DNA from: Trichoplax adhaerens
Lineage: Eukaryota > Animalia > Placozoa
Length of the DNA: 64,000 nucleotides
Assembly (NCBI RefSeq): GCF_000150275.1
Contig: NW_002060944.1
Span: 5,679,102 to 5,743,101 of the forward strand
Reading direction: 5' to 3'
Shown: positions 61,201 to 64,000 of the stretch, piece after piece
Numbering within the stretch: position 1 is the stretch's first letter
Layout of the letters: the number at the start of each line of letters is the position of its first letter
Program-made: the position numbers and the translations under genes
The notes under the pieces: model-generated
What the model was told of the DNA's origin: nothing
Database searches by the model: none
Seen by the model: only the letters and a program-made list of their open reading frames with translations

Positions 61201-63443
61201 AAATAAGAGTCACATGTATTATTAATCGAATCCAATTTTCGAACAGAAATAAGCACCCTAAAGATACGTTGCATAGCCAAGGGCGACACATCGTCTCAAC
61301 TTTAGAAGAATCATCGTCAAAAGTTGCCACTACATATGAAGAATTAGATAGGTAAGGTGTATTGCTTAGGCTATATATGTTTCTTACGGATGGTAAATTG
61401 TCACAATTTCTTACAAAACAGGAATAGAAAGACTTATTTTTTATTTATTGTTTAGTGATGATGATTTCGAATCATATGACATGAGTAATGATACAGTTGT
61501 AAATAAAATTAAGAAACCTTCTTACATCCGTGATTGCATAGAAGGTTAGTACAGTATGTCATTAATTTACGAATAATTGATAAAAAATTTTATGTCGCTA
61601 GCTTAATGTTTCTGGAATGTGTACATACTGAAATAAAATCTAGGTCTTCTTGTTAATGATGATCCACACCGAGTTGATGTATGTCTACATACGATTGAAA
61701 GTTTAGTGAAAAGAAATCCGAGTGATTTGCCGAACGTAAATGTTACAATTATTGTCAACCTCAATTTTTTGCAATACAGTAGATAGTTTATCCGATGTTT
61801 TTACGTAGATTTGGCTTCTTTAATTTTGTGTATTTTAGTTAGCAGAAGAAATTGTAAAGATTCTTCTCCACTTACAAAATGAAAGTGCTGCGGAAGATTA
61901 TAATATTGTACGGTTATCAGCTATGATATCGACAACTGTACAATGCCCAACCCAGGTTATTAAATCCTTTTTAATGAAGATAATAGAATTTATGTTTGAT
62001 ACGACCTATATGCATCATATCTCATCAAATTTTAATAATTTATTCTATGGGTAGGCTGTTAAGTATTTAACTACGGAATTTTATAAAACCAATTACAGTT
62101 TACAGCAACGTTTGGATATATTAGAGGTGTTTATCAAAACAAAATTGAAAAAATGATTTATTCTAAAATATTGATTTTATTTTATTGTCTGATCCAGGCT
62201 TGATGTTACAAATTATTAAAAACTTTATGACAACATTTAGATTATTGCGAAATCTGCTCAAGAATTATCTTCCCCACACACGACTGATAGTGAAAGTAAG
62301 AAAGAGGCGATACCCAGTGACAATTATGGCACTGGACCCCAACATAGGTCAAAGACTCCGAATTGGCAGCAAATTGTCAATGAAAGAATTAAATTGAAAA
62401 CTCGTCGTTTTGCGAAAGTTAGTAATAGCACCTAAAATTTTGATGTCAAATAGGTTAAATTCTTGTTATTTTATCAGCTTCATATTTCGTGTATATAATC
62501 GTGATTATTTATTCGCATAGGGTCGGCCAAAGTCACGAGTAAAGAGTATAGCTAATCGCTTTGCACCAGTCGCAGGCCTTTTCTTTTTCCCGCTACTGCA
62601 GCACTTTGACAGGTTGTATACGTCTTAGCGCTTAAGCTAATAACAATTTTAATAAATAAGTTCAACAAATTACTTATTGGTATTTCTCGCTACTAACTAG
62701 ACCATTAAACACCATGGATCTACTTGGAGATGACTCCTTCGTATTAGGTCGATTAATTTATACGTTAGGTGTCGTCTTGTATGCTGCTATTAATACTACG
62801 GTTAGTATAAATGGATAGCTTAGACTAACTAGCCACCAACCCAAATGTGAACATACTGTCAGATAGTAAGTATTAACTTGATATTTATCGATGTAGATTG
62901 TTGACAGTATGGGTAAATCTTTATTAGAATTTTTATGGGCCGTAAGATTTCATGAAGAAGCGTAAGAGACTACAAAAAGCTTTTAAAAATAAATTTAATC
63001 TCTATCTGTTAACAAAAATTTTTCAATTCCTCATATATCCAATCTAACTTGCAGGTACATTCGCCAGTCGATCATTTTCAGCTTCACGATGATCATCTTA
63101 AGTTTACCTTCATATGTTTTAATCGGGAATGCAGATATCTATGAATTTCAAGCTTGGATGCAAGGTTTATACATTTTGACATTAAAATAAATCTGAGTAT
63201 GTTTTAAAAAAGTAAATACTAGATATTTATATGCACAAAATGTTTGGATAGTAGTGCTAGACAGTATAAAGTTATCAATGATAGTATAGCCTTGGTAGAA
63301 TAATTTTTTAATAAATTATCATTCTGGTATGCTTATCGAGACTAGATTTAATTCACAAAGATCCCAATAGTGAGTGTCGAAAACTAGCTGCACAATCGTT
63401 ATCCTTACTGCAAGATACTTTCAAAAAGGTTAGTATAGAATGA
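58215..63443 (+). CDS. TELO2: Telomere length regulation protein TEL2 (TTT PIKK co-chaperone subunit)
   Basis: Multi-exon, starting with exon 58215-58567. Motifs: 'LASLPERIANKL', 'RRLGMIVGE', CK2/PIH1-binding 'EELDSDDDFESYDMSND' (split across ~61338-61492), 'PSYIRDCIEGLL', 'QQRLDIL', 'WQQIVNERIKLKTRRF', 'NRFAPVAGLFFFPLL', 'DPNSECRKLA'. Stop TGA 63441-63443; a possible donor at 63429 could add one more exon. Confidence 0.9.
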
Positions 63444-64000
63444 ATTTGCTACCTATTTCAACATGTACGACTACAGTATATTCTATCCATAGTGGAAAAA
63501 TTTTTTGGATCTACTTCTATAACTAATTTATACAATTACGTACTATCTATATCACTTCTAAAATTAGGAATTGTTACCGGAAGAAAAATAATTAGCTGTA
63601 TACTGAAGCAGAACTATAAATTAATTAATTACAGTGTATATGCGCGTATATATACGTGAGTGGAAGGATAGTGAAAAAAGATTGATTAAATATCATTTCG
63701 ATGGTTGATTCTATACGCTTAATTTGAAATTTTCTATTTTGCACGGTAAATGATGTCAACTAGTAAGTACTGTGTGTACAATTGTAGTACTGTAATGGTC
63801 AATAATATACAGTATGAATCTATGTTACTGCATTCAATTAGATATCATCCATTTCTTTGATTTCTTCATATCCAATAACTTGTAAAAATCTCGGATGATC
63901 ATATATTTTTCCATATGGAATACTGTAATAAAAGTCTTCTTTTGCTCCATTAATCTCTAAATATTGAATGATTTCATCATTGAGAAATCGAGCGGCCATT

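Overview
AT-rich, gene-dense animal genomic DNA with many short GT-AG introns. The style and gene set suggest a placozoan such as Trichoplax, which is an inference and not proven here. The ORF track shows only exon fragments, so I spliced the exons by hand into seven intact multi-exon genes: a TRPA1-type ankyrin/TRP channel (+, ~2242-13890), CEP95 (-, 14948-~20064), a SMURF C2-WW-HECT E3 ligase (+, 23347-29893), three diverged diacylglycerol lipase (DAGL, beta-like) paralogs (-, 31260-40686; +, 44092-49641; -, 52793-57621) and TELO2 (+, 58215-63443). Main points of interest: the DAGL triplet, each copy with an intact catalytic triad, sitting near a TRPA1 that lacks two of the canonical electrophile cysteines and carries a mucin-like outer loop; a SMURF with only one intact WW domain; CEP95-SMURF adjacency as in human; and a divergent-promoter region holding a higher-order tandem repeat and a palindromic TACTGTACAGTA field with shuffled modules. 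No rRNA, tRNA, CRISPR array or autonomous transposon could be supported.
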